In this document: positions 12,413-23,600 of the stretch, in pieces
How the letters are laid out: each line of letters starts with the position of its first letter
Numbering within the stretch: the stretch's first letter is position 1
Assembly (NCBI GenBank): GCA_001642005.1
Contig: LWCA01000149.1
Location: forward strand, 1 to 47,136
Source: Intoshia linei
Lineage: Eukaryota > Animalia > Orthonectida
Length of the DNA: 47,136 nt
Direction of reading: 5' to 3'
Made by a program: the position numbers and the translations under genes
The notes under the pieces: model-generated
What the model saw: only the letters and a program-made list of their open reading frames with translations
What the model was told of the DNA's origin: nothing
Database searches by the model: none

Positions 12413-14185
12413 TTAAATATCCTTCACACGATCATCATAATACGATTGTGGCCAATCAGTCCAAGACGTTTTGGGTAAATTGTCCTCATATGGTAAAACC
12501 ATTTTGTAATAATTAGACTTTTCCATGTATTTTGGATTAATAACAACAGGAGTTCTAGGTTGCAATTTGTGAACTCGTTTTTTATGCCATACACCTGATC
12601 TCTGTTTAATACCAAAACGAGCTTTTTGACCAAATGTTGTAAATCTCTCTTTATCGTGTTCAATATTTGAAACTCTAAATGTGAATATTAAGAGTACCGA
12701 TTATTTAAAGTTTATTTAATTTAGTTATATTTATATAAATTATATTTAAAGAACATAATCAATACAATATAAATAAAAAAGTAAACGGTCAAAATGTACA
12801 TAGTATTTGATAATATTTAAATTCAATTAAATTTAAATAATCCACTTATTTGATGGACAAAGTAAAAAATAAATTATAATTCCAATTTGAAAATACAATT
12901 TGTATGATTAATTAATTTCATTTTTTTATGAAAATAATTTTTTATTCAAAATTTAAAAAAGTAAAAATAATGTTTCTAGCACCCCTTGAAATTAAACCTA
13001 GCACCCTAAGGATTAAAATACCCCGGTTAAGAAACTCTGGCCTAATGAATATATTGAAATGTAAATACCTTCCAACCGTAGCAATACAATGTTTATCAAC
13101 AGTGTGATTTCTTTGATCGTTTCCTCGAATAAGCACATGTTTTCCATCCAGTGTAGAATCAATAATTTGCCCATAAGTACCAGCGGCTCTAAATAAATTT
13201 GCATCAGCATCTACTTTTGATTGCAAACAATGTATTATAGTGTCTTTTACTAGAGCACCCACGGGATATGCGTTACCAATTAAACCAAAAACTAATAATA
13301 TTAAATCATATTGATAAATAATCATAAACTAGGAGTATCCGGAATATAACATGATGTTGTAATAATTTGATCAATTTCTAAATCTTCACAAGCTATTATC
13401 CATCGTTTATTTATTCCATTAATAACCAATGCAATCTAAAATGTTTATAATATGTAATTAATCATCGATACTCTAATTTACAGTCTAAATTACTGACTCT
13501 AAAAGTGAGCCATGTGGTCTTCGTTGGTACATGAAAATTTGGGGAATCATAGAAGTATATATTATCAATGGAACTTATAATTTCTTACGTATATTTACAA
13601 GTTTATATTTGCACTATTCGAAACAGTACAGATTGTATCCCATTTTAATTCAATCACTGCAGTGCATTATATTTTAATAATTATTTTAAAAGTTTTTAGT
13701 CTCAAATTTTATTAATAAATTTCAAATGTAACAACGCTAGAACCAAATTAATATCTAAAATTTATATAAAAATCTTATTTAAATTTATCAAAATTTAATA
13801 TTTACCTTTGCAGTGCGACTGTATTTATCGAAAAAAAATTCTGCCACTCTTTCATGATATACGTCTTCTATGTTAGATGTATCCAAAAATCTAGTTCTAT
13901 TGAAATCAATCCACCTAAACTCTCTTTTAACTCCTTTACCACTCTTGTGGTTCCATATTCTTCCTTAAATATTACGATTCAAATTTAAAATCAATATAAA
14001 ACAAATTACCATTTGGTCCTCTACCCCCTGTACGATGGAAATTGAGAGGTTCTGTGGTATATTCATAAATATCACTATACTTCGCAAAGGGCTGCCATCT
14101 TCCTTTCTTTGATGGGAATTGATTACGAAAAACATCACGATTATTATTTCCCTTATATCGAATTTGCCTTTTTAATTGGTTTAGT
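12413..14185 (-). CDS. MRPL2: Mitochondrial ribosomal protein uL2m; first exon unresolved
   Basis: Spliced product contains TGGRGPNGRIWNH..FRWIDF, RTAKIALV..KRWIIA, GNAYPVGAL..FRAAGTYG, CIATVGRVSNIEH and GIKQRSGVWHKK, typical of animal MRPL2. Approximate exons: 14185-14010, 13963-13806, 13435-13331, 13290-13069, 12674-12413. Confidence 0.9.
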
Positions 14186-15406
14186 CTAATTATTTAAAAT
14201 TATCGTTTTTACAACTATTGGCAAAGTATGACATAAGTTGTACATTGTACAACAACTATGTAGTTGAAGTCACAATAATTCAGACTAACCTGATTCAAAG
14301 TGCTGTCAGCCGAATAAACATATTAAAATTATAAAAATTAATTTATTTGTCTAATTTCTACCTTTAAAACTTTTTGACTATAAAAAATAGCATAGAGGGA
14401 GATAAATTATTCTAATGATGGTAGTAAAAAGATTTTGAAAGTGAGGGACATCAAATTTCTAAATTAGATTTTTTACCTTACACAAATTTGCATGTATAAG
14501 CCAGATTTGGAATACTTTAAATTAAATTTTATACTACCTAACTACTAAAAAACATTTAATTATTTTTACTTATTTATTGGATAAAATATTAATCATAATT
14601 GATTCAACAGAAATACAAAATACTTTGAGCCAAGCCGGTTGTAATTTTGTGATATTTGTATATTTTATGTAATTGAACCAATCCAGTATTGATATGTTTT
14701 CAATATGGGTAATTTATAAATTAAATGTATTCAAACGATCAAATATTGGGACAACACTATATACAGGAGTAATTATAGTTTATTATTTTAGGTAATCAGT
14801 GAAATAGGCTAAACGAGAACAGCACCTAGCAAGCTGGATGCCACCAGAAAAAGAAAAATGGGCACCTATAAAAAATTAGCAAACTAATTGTAGTGTCATA
14901 TAGTCCTTACTATATGACTTAACCACCTCTCTAAGGCTCTTGAGTTGATAATTTAAATTTAACACACAATGTAGTTATGATATTCAATAATATAATTTTT
15001 TAATCCTCACTTTTGTAAAATGAGACCAGACATAAAATGAATGTTAAAAGATGCTTTTTGTTATATAGTTTGGTAATTATGAATAATTAAAACCTTTGGT
15101 TGAGGAAAAACAATGTTTTTTGAGACATTGGATATTCTCTTGAAAATAAAGTTAAATTTATATAAATCTATTTGTATTTTAATGATAATGTACTTGTCCA
15201 GAAGATAAAATGTTGCATTCACTATCAAAAACAAAAAATTTTTCTGTTAAAAATTTGACCTACTTCAGTGTAATGTGAAGAGGATATTTGGCCGAAAGGA
15301 CTGTACACTAAACATTGCTACTATCAAGCAGTCAATATTTATGAAATCAATATCTTATATGGTATTGGAATACACAGCACTACCAAAGCACACTAGGAAT
15401 AGTATT

Positions 15407-15419
15407 GTTACTAGGTAAC
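15407..15419. promoter_or_regulatory. Candidate RFX X-box
   Basis: GTTACTAGGTAAC fits the RFX consensus GTNRCY-N0-3-RGYAAC. This is a motif match only. Confidence 0.3.
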
Positions 15420-15675
15420 AACGCTACATTCAGTGTTTCCCAACCTTTTACGCTTTAGACCCAGTTCAAAAAATGACCTAACGGTTATTTTTTTGGAGCT
15501 GATATAAAAGTTAAATCAGAAAATAATTACAATAAAAAAGTTACCGATATGACTTTGTTTCAAAAAGTTAATAAAAAGTTCTGACCCTTAATTATCATTT
15601 AATACAGATTTTGACTAAACATATGTATACAAGGCATATTTATTTTATTTGGTAGTAAGGTTAGGTTATTTATAC

Positions 15676-16416
15676 CAGGGGTTCTCAACGTGGGCCACAG
15701 AAAATTTTAAACATTAAAAAAAATTTGGTGTACTAAGTAACGTAAATGTATCCATTACTATACCTAACAATAAACTTATAGTAGAATAGTTAGGTATAGT
15801 AACGGATACATTTACGTTACTTACTAAGCCATAAAATTGCTAACCAAAACAAAATCTATAAATGCATAATGAATTTGAAATATAAATTTGGAATTATGGT
15901 TTACAGATCTTCAAAACTTTGAACCAAATGATGAAACCAGTCCTGAACTAACTGAAAAACTCTTAGACTTAATTTAATTATTTTAAGTCTTAAAAGAAGA
16001 TTTGAAATTAGTAAGACGAATAGAAAAGGAAGGTGTATTTGGATTTATGGGAATTCAAGAATTAAATCCAATTGTGTTTGATAATGTTCAACCAAGCATT
16101 ATTGCTTTTCCTACAACATGGCTTGTAGAAGCTGGATATTCAGCAATGGTCAATATTTTTAGTAAGAAGAGGTCAAAATTTGATGTGAACAACCGAGGAA
16201 TAATGCGATTAAGATTGAATAAACTAATAGAAATTGATTATGATTCATTGTACAACAAACACCAATGCCAAGACAGTCACTAACTAGTATAAATTTAATA
16301 TATAAAGCATTTTATTGTAAATAAAAGTATATATATGTTAAGGTTTTTTAAGGTGGGCCATGGAATTTTAGGTAAAATTTTTTGGCCCATGGCCTAAAAA
16401 AGGTTGAGAAGCGCTG
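15676..16416 (+). mobile_element. Internally deleted hAT/Buster transposon retaining the C-terminal dimerisation domain
   Basis: TIRs CAGGGGTTCTCAAC and GTTGAGAAGCGCTG, with a perfect 8-bp TSD ATTTATAC (15668-15675, 16417-16424). ORF 16002-16283 carries FPTTWLVEAGYS...KRSKFDV...MRLRL...HQCQDSH, typical of Buster/Charlie transposase ends. Confidence 0.9.
15736..15821. mobile_element. 86-bp fold-back MITE nested in the hAT element
   Basis: Arms of ~33 bp, AGTAACGTAAATGTATCCATTACTATACCTAAC and GTTAGGTATAGTAACGGATACATTTACGTTACT (1 mismatch), with TA on both sides. Confidence 0.65.
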
Positions 16417-16649
16417 ATTTATACCCTATATAACCATTGTTTATTAACCAAATAATTGATTGTTTTTTTTAATGAAACAATTTTCTATTTTACAAATGGA
16501 TATTTTGTTATAATATTAATTAATAATTATGTTCAAAGATCACGTTCACTTAACATTAAAATTAACATGTAAGTAAATTAGATGTAATATTTATTAATTG
16601 TATATAGTAATGGATATTAAATGAAACATTAAAACTTGAAATATTAAAT

Positions 16650-19600
16650 TTAAGTGTCCACTAAATATTTTTTCTTTATTGTATAAGAGCATTTTTCTTT
16701 ACTGCAAGTTTGAACTTTCTTTTTTTCGGTATAATCTTCAATCATCTTTCTATTCCAAACGGTAAGTTTTGTATTTTTAAAATCTTCAATCAGAGAAGGA
16801 ATTTTTACATTACATTTTATTTTCATCTATATTATATTATTATTGAAAATTGACAATAAAAATTAAAAGTTGTAATACATGAAATATTTCTATATTTATA
16901 TAAATAAAAAATACATTTTGACACATTAATTGAGAAATAATTTTGACCATTCGGATGGGATTATTGTCACCTTCGATAATGTGTTCATTACAACGACCAA
17001 ATAGGGTAGTTCCAATTTTGACGATATCAATAAATTTTCCAGTTTTATAAGATCTAACAACAGGTCTGACTATACCAGAACATACTGCAGAACGCAGAGA
17101 TATTTGAGGTACTCTGAAATCTGTAATATTTGTTTCTGCAGTAAATTTCTTCTTATCGTCTTCTAATGACATAATTAACATGTTTTTTTGATTCAAAAAA
17201 TAGTCATTTTCATGAATCCAATCGTAAGGCAATTCATAAATATATTCTGCTGTTCCGCAAATTACTCCATCTTCTGAATATGTTACATCATCTGATGGTT
17301 TCAGTATCAGAATATCACACAAGACATTATTATTCATTTGATACAATGCCGAGGTATTACTAGCTCTATCTATTTTGTATATTAATTAAAAGTATAAAAT
17401 TTATTTACCTAGTACAAACTGAGAAATTTCATCACAATTAATACTGTCCCATATTTTACTTTTAGGGAGTTTGGCATTGTTAGTCCAATTTAGTATGGAA
17501 AACAAACTCCGTACACAATACCTAAATCCGTGTATAAATCCTGATGCAGCTTTTTTATCACGTTGTTGCATAACAGTTCCAATGAAATACATATTTTTTA
17601 CTGAGCTCATCCATTTAGAATTCAGTACTGGAAATCGTCCGCATTGTGAAACCTCTATATTTATTTTAATTCATTATGTATTAAATGTACTTAAAACTAT
17701 CATTTAGAGCTTATTGTACTTCTATACAATTAAATGTCTGTGTTTTAAATTTAAAAAATTAACAGTCATAGAATTTACGAAAACCCAATTTCTAATAGTG
17801 TTTTTCGCAGTGGATATTGATATCTCTGTTTTATTTTCCAAATCTGAGTAATTCAATGCAAAAACTCAAGTTCCACTTTTATTTTTCATAAATGGCAACC
17901 TCAAAAAATTATATTTCATGATCAAAACCCCAAATTACCTTTTTTTTTAAAAAATGAAAATGGTCTTATAATTTAGGAAAAAAGTATAGTTGATGCAGTT
18001 ATAATTTTATTTTTTCTTGAATTTAAGCTATTTATGACAATTTTTAGTATTGTACTGTATTTACTTTATTTTTAAAATTATACAGTATATAACATACACT
18101 CATTCTCTCTAATAAATAAAAAAAATGCGATAACAATTGTTTTTAAAATTCTTCACAGAAATGTTAACAAAATAAATAGTTGATAAAATAATAGAATTAA
18201 TAAAATAAACAAAAATGGAATAATTAAATTAAATTGTAATTTGAAATGACGGGTGCTTAGTGAAAAAATTCCCAACGGCAGAGTTGGTGCCGTTTGTACA
18301 AAGTACATAACAGTCAACTTAGTACCATATATAATAATGTTGTAGAAAGTTTTAATAAGTGAATTTCGATTAGAATTAACACTTATTTTTATATACATTT
18401 TTTCATTATAACTATGACTCTCAGCTGGGGAATTTTACTATTTTCACAAAGTTAATGTCAGTTAAAAACCGTTACTAGTTATATTATATTAGTTATGAAG
18501 ATTTTTTTAATTTTTATTTAAGTTTAATGTTGATTTTCTCTATAACTATTATTCAATTCACCATGTTTAACAATTTAATTTGATATTAACAATATAGAAA
18601 ATGATAGTACGTTTTACGTGATAAGACGTGTCACCATGTTATTATTGTAATTATAAGGTACAATTATTAGGGCTGTTCAAAAAAAATAAAAAAATTTCCA
18701 TGGGCACAGAATATACTCCAAAGTGTGTAATAACATATCTGCCTATTAAAAATGGTTAATTTTTATTGTTGTACAATTATTGGTGTTCTCAGTAATATGA
18801 TATCTTTGGAAATTATTTTTACAAAAATTTTGAGAAGGGTATTATGACTCATAACACCCATTATGAGGGGTGAGCTTCACCTAAAAAATAAGTTTAACAA
18901 CTTGAAAATCAAAAATATTACAATAACTAATTATAATTATTAGATTATAAATAAATGATTAGATATAAATGAGGCATGAAAAATAACATAGAACATGGTA
19001 TTTTTTAAAATTAAATAAATGAAATTTATGAACATAATTTATCATAATATATTATGATTCAAGTTAATAAAAGTGATATTTTCATTAGAGGAATTTTTTA
19101 AAAAACGGAAACCATTCATCGCAATCATCTGTATGTAATATAGTGACCACCTTTTCTTCTAAGTTCATCAAAAATACCAAGACGCAGAGTCTATGCCCAC
19201 GTATATTATTAAAACTATCAATTCAAAAATAATTAACACATTTCTCAATTAATAGTATCAAAAAATTAAAAACTAATTGAAATTACTTGGTTTGCAACAA
19301 TCAGAAAACATGTCTAAATCAATATATCGCCACCCAATACATGATATGATGTAGTCATATTTTCTCGTACTGGTCAAAGTACATGGAGGATCCCATTGAG
19401 GCAATTCTAAATCAAATTTCATTTTATAAGCTGTTAATCCACATGGTTTTGTAAATTTTTCCACATTTTGTATTTGTGCATTAACTACCCCTGCCAATGA
19501 TTTTAAATGAAACATGTCCAATAAATTGTTATTTATTGCTCTCAAATCCCCAACAAAATGACTGTCCCAACTCAACCTCACAGGGCGTCGAGCATAGCAA

Positions 19601-20423
19601 TGAACAGCAGACGCGAAAGGCATTAAATAGTCTGCAACCTAATAAATGAAAATATAAATTTATAATTGAATGTAACCTCAAATGCACTATTTCCAATACC
19701 TAAGATGGCTACGAGTTTATTTTTATATTTTTCAACATCCAAACTATGCGTAGCATAACTATCAATTACATCGGCTCCTTCAAAATTTGGTAAATTTTCT
19801 TTTAAAGCTCCTAATGCAACGAGCAAATATTTACATTTCCATATATTATCATTATGGTCTTTCAACTCAAAAATTTCATCTTTTTCATTTTTTTTAATTA
19901 TTTTTACGATACAATTGTATTCAATGTTCAAATCAAATCTGTCTCTAAAATCTTTACAATATCTAAAATGGGCTTAAATACAATGATGAAAAAAATTACT
20001 CTACAAACTTATCAGCCTGGGGAAAAAGTTCTTTAGAATAATTTTTAAAAAGCAAACTTGGGTCATCACATAAAAGTGAATTCCAGTCATGTCTCATATT
20101 GAATTCGGCATTATCTTCATAATGATTGAAAATTTTGTTGATGGAAATTAGTTGACGATGCTTAGGCATTGTAGTAAAGAAACTGCAACTAATGTTATTT
20201 TTTTCCAAAATGATAAAATTTTGATTTTCCCTTTTCATTTCATATCCCATTTGCAATCCTGCTGGCCCACCACCGAGAATGATGTATTCATATTCCTTTT
20301 CTAAAATGCAACTTAAGTAAAATTACAATTATAATTTATTATGATAAATAATTGTAAACTTAAATAAATTATACATTTAATTAATATATTACCTGGACTG
20401 ATGCTTGTTGAAGGAGGCCACAT
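16650..20423 (-). CDS. FOXRED2: FAD-dependent oxidoreductase, FOXRED2/ERFAD family
   Basis: Family motifs YIILGGGPAGLQMGY, RQLISINK, EFNMRHDWNSLL, ILGIGNSAFE, RLSWDSHFVGDLRAINN and AASGFIHGFRY. About 7 exons, with a ~1.6-kb intron at ~17654-19284 that contains repeats. Confidence 0.85.
17725..18000 (+). repeat. Helitron-like family fragment in a FOXRED2 intron
   Basis: TGTCTGTGTTTT...ACAGTCATAGAATTTA...GTTTTTCGCAGTGGATATTGATATCT is shared with ~24045-24200 and, inverted, with ~35910-35985. Confidence 0.5.
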
Positions 20424-20681
20424 TATAATATTTAAATTAAAAATATTTCAAACTATTGCAAAAAATAAAAATTATGACTATTATGAGAATTCTTAAAAAT
20501 AGTCAATGATAATAATAATTATCTATTTTTATAAATTTATTGCTATTAATATCCAAGTTTAATGTATAAAGAAGAAACTATACAAACTTTGATATGTGGG
20601 TAAATGTCCTAATAGATATGTAGGTAAAAATGATAAGATAAAATGGATTTAAAGGCATGAATAAATGAAAATTTAATGACA

Positions 20682-23600
20682 CTATGAAACAGAACGATCC
20701 ACTTGAGCGAAATGATCTTTAAGGGTATGAATAGTTTCATTGTATTTGCGTATTAAAGTATCCGATTTTTCTGTAGAATCATAAATATTAGATTTTGATG
20801 CATCTAAAATTTTTGAATTGAAATTCAAGGGGTATTTTGTATTTTTAAAATTGTCGTGTCTAATTTCAGCTAGATATCGATAATTTATACTTTGTGAAGA
20901 ATTTGATGTTTTTATACTAGAATTAGACACTGTATTATTTTTACTTTGTTCAGATTCTAGAGATATAAATTTGTTCATTTCTGTTATCAACAAAAAGTCA
21001 ATTGGGGATTCATCCTGATTAGGCATTTGATTATACAATGCAATAAAATCATAATTTTCATCCAAAGTTTCAAATATCTTATATAACATTTTATCTCTTT
21101 TGTCATTTTTCTCTTTCATTTGCCTCTTTGATGAATTACTAAATTTTTTCTTCCATTCTCTGAAATCTTTAACCATATTTAAATCTTTACCTGTTTTTAT
21201 ATTAATTTTATTTCCATTTTTCAACTTTAAATATTTCTTTAATTGTTTTTCATTATGGTTTAATTCTATCATGCTATTTATAAAACCTAATGAACTTACA
21301 TTACAAATATCCATTAAATGCAAAAAATTTTGGTCAATTTTTTTGTTGATTTCATCAGTATTACCACTTCCTTTTTGTTTCTGTATCATTAATGTTAATA
21401 AATTATAAATTATGGACATTTTTAAATTGCTTTCAATTGGTTTCGTTTGATTTTGATTTTTGAACTCATTCTCGTCAATTTTTTCTGCTTTAATGGCAAT
21501 TTTGTTTTCTAAAATATCACTTTTGTTTAACTTTTCACTAGCCGTTGATAGCGATTTTTCTATTTTGTCTAAATTAGCTCGGTTTACATTGACATTTTTT
21601 TCAATTATATCCGGCAACATTGATATTTCCTAAAATAATTTTTATTGTATTCAAAAAATTAAAGTACGTATAAAGTAATTACTAGGGCGAATTATGTCAT
21701 AAAAATAATTTTTCTTTTTAATATTAAAAAATTGTTAGAAATGTATGAGGGAACTCTAATAAACACATTTAATGGGGTATATCGATTTTTAAACAGTCAT
21801 AAATGTCATATTTTTTTCTTAATTGTCGTAATAATACATATAATAATAATAATGTATTAATAAAGTCATAATTTAAAAAATGTTTATTTTCATTGATTTT
21901 CGTCGTTTAAATGTGACTGAAATCAATAATTTATCTTTCAAGTGCGTTATTTTAATATTAATTATCTATAAGAGTAGTATCACAACAGTAATTATAATTA
22001 ACTGCTTTTTTATTTAGCTACATTGTAATTATATATTTTAAGGAAAAAGGTTTTAATTTATTAAAACAATATAGATGGCGCATAACATTACATGTCATTA
22101 CATGAACAATTGATCATGTGACTTAATATAAAAAATTTTCGCAACCCAAACATTTTCTATATACTCCAAACATCTTATCAATTCACATAAATGAAAATAT
22201 TAAAAAAGCATATTCAGTTTTATTTATATTTTATATTGTGTTCAAATTCTCACGACCCTCCTGATAAATTTCGCGACCCCCCGGTTGAAAACTACTGTAG
22301 TAGATAATTAAATTTTTTATAAATTAAATTTTGTGGAGTGCAGTTTTTTTTGTATTTTAAAATTCAATTTCAATTAATTCTGGCATAATTCTAGTTATAC
22401 AAATAGACGTGGATGACCCCGCCGCAGAAAATAATCTTTCAACTGATGCATTGGTTGCAGGTATTGATAATTAAATTATTTATTTAATGCAATTTTCCAA
22501 TGCAGTAATTTAAAAACCTGATTGACAAAATTAATAATTTTTAAAAATATGCTTATTCTTATAAGTACTGAGTTTTAAAACTCAGTAAAAAAAATCCAAT
22601 AACTCACATAAATGTCAGTAAAAATAAAATTAAGTACTCATTAAATAATTCAGTACTCAGTAAAACTAAATACTTTTTACAAAAGTTGAATACATTATTT
22701 AAATTGGGATTCCCGATTGTTGATGGGAACCACTATCTTAGATATATTATAATTTTTATAATAATTAATTTTCTAATTATTTGCACGACTTAGAGTTTAA
22801 GTCTTAGACTTACTAAATAGTATAGAATATTGTAGATATTGATATGAATTAACTCGATCATTAAACTTAGATCTAAGTCTTAGATACTACTTACTTTAAT
22901 TATACATAAATTGTACTTTTGAAGAACATTTTTGGAAGTGGTAATATTTGATTCATAATTTATAAATAATAAATTATTATATTACAAAACTTTAACTGCC
23001 CAATTTACACGATTCAACAATAAATAATATAGGTCATATGCTTCAATAATAGCTTTCACATTTTCAACAGTTTTCAACAATATACAACAAAATAATATAA
23101 AAATGAAATGTATAATTATTTCGACTCACATTGTCAATATATAATTTTTTGAGTGAAATCTATTGTGTATTTATTTTATTACAATGTACCTTACTATCAA
23201 TTCAAAAATAATTAAATATTACATTGTATTGTTCAACGTTGAAAGACACTTCATGGGTTTCTGATTTCGAAGTTTTTTCAGGTATGGAAGTGCGATAAAA
23301 TTCAGATGTAATTCCAAGAAAAGAGTCTTAACTGTTGAAATAATATTTTTATATAATTGAAACCTTCCGAGGCAATAGATGGATTTTTTATGCAGGATGC
23401 TACAGTTAACGTAATAAAATTTTGTGAAGCTATGATTAATCGTTTTAAATCTTGATGCATCCAATTAGCAACATTGATTCCATTTACCTTAAATAAATAT
23501 ATTTTATAATTATTAAAATATTTATCAGCTTATAATACGAATAGTATGAGCGAACAGTGCCGTGTAAGGCTAAAATGTGCCAAATAAATTATTAAAAAAT

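Noticed and set aside
10956-14321. Genome-wide stop-codon reassignment suggested by in-frame TAG/TGA
   Set aside because: The conserved genes splice into open frames without internal stops, and TAG appears to end the PDZ gene at 20682. The cases are isolated.
14694-14879. Small + strand gene ending AKREQHLASWMPPEKEKWAPIKN (QCR9/PET100-like idea)
   Set aside because: No consistent spliced model gave the expected TM helix or motifs.
14895-14918. 10-bp hairpin GTCATATAGT-CCTT-ACTATATGAC as a terminator
   Set aside because: Intrinsic terminators do not apply in this eukaryotic context, and there is no other support.
18153-18398. Hydrophobic ORFs at 18153, 30018 and 39461
   Set aside because: AT-rich intronic or UTR sequence with no motif or exon support.
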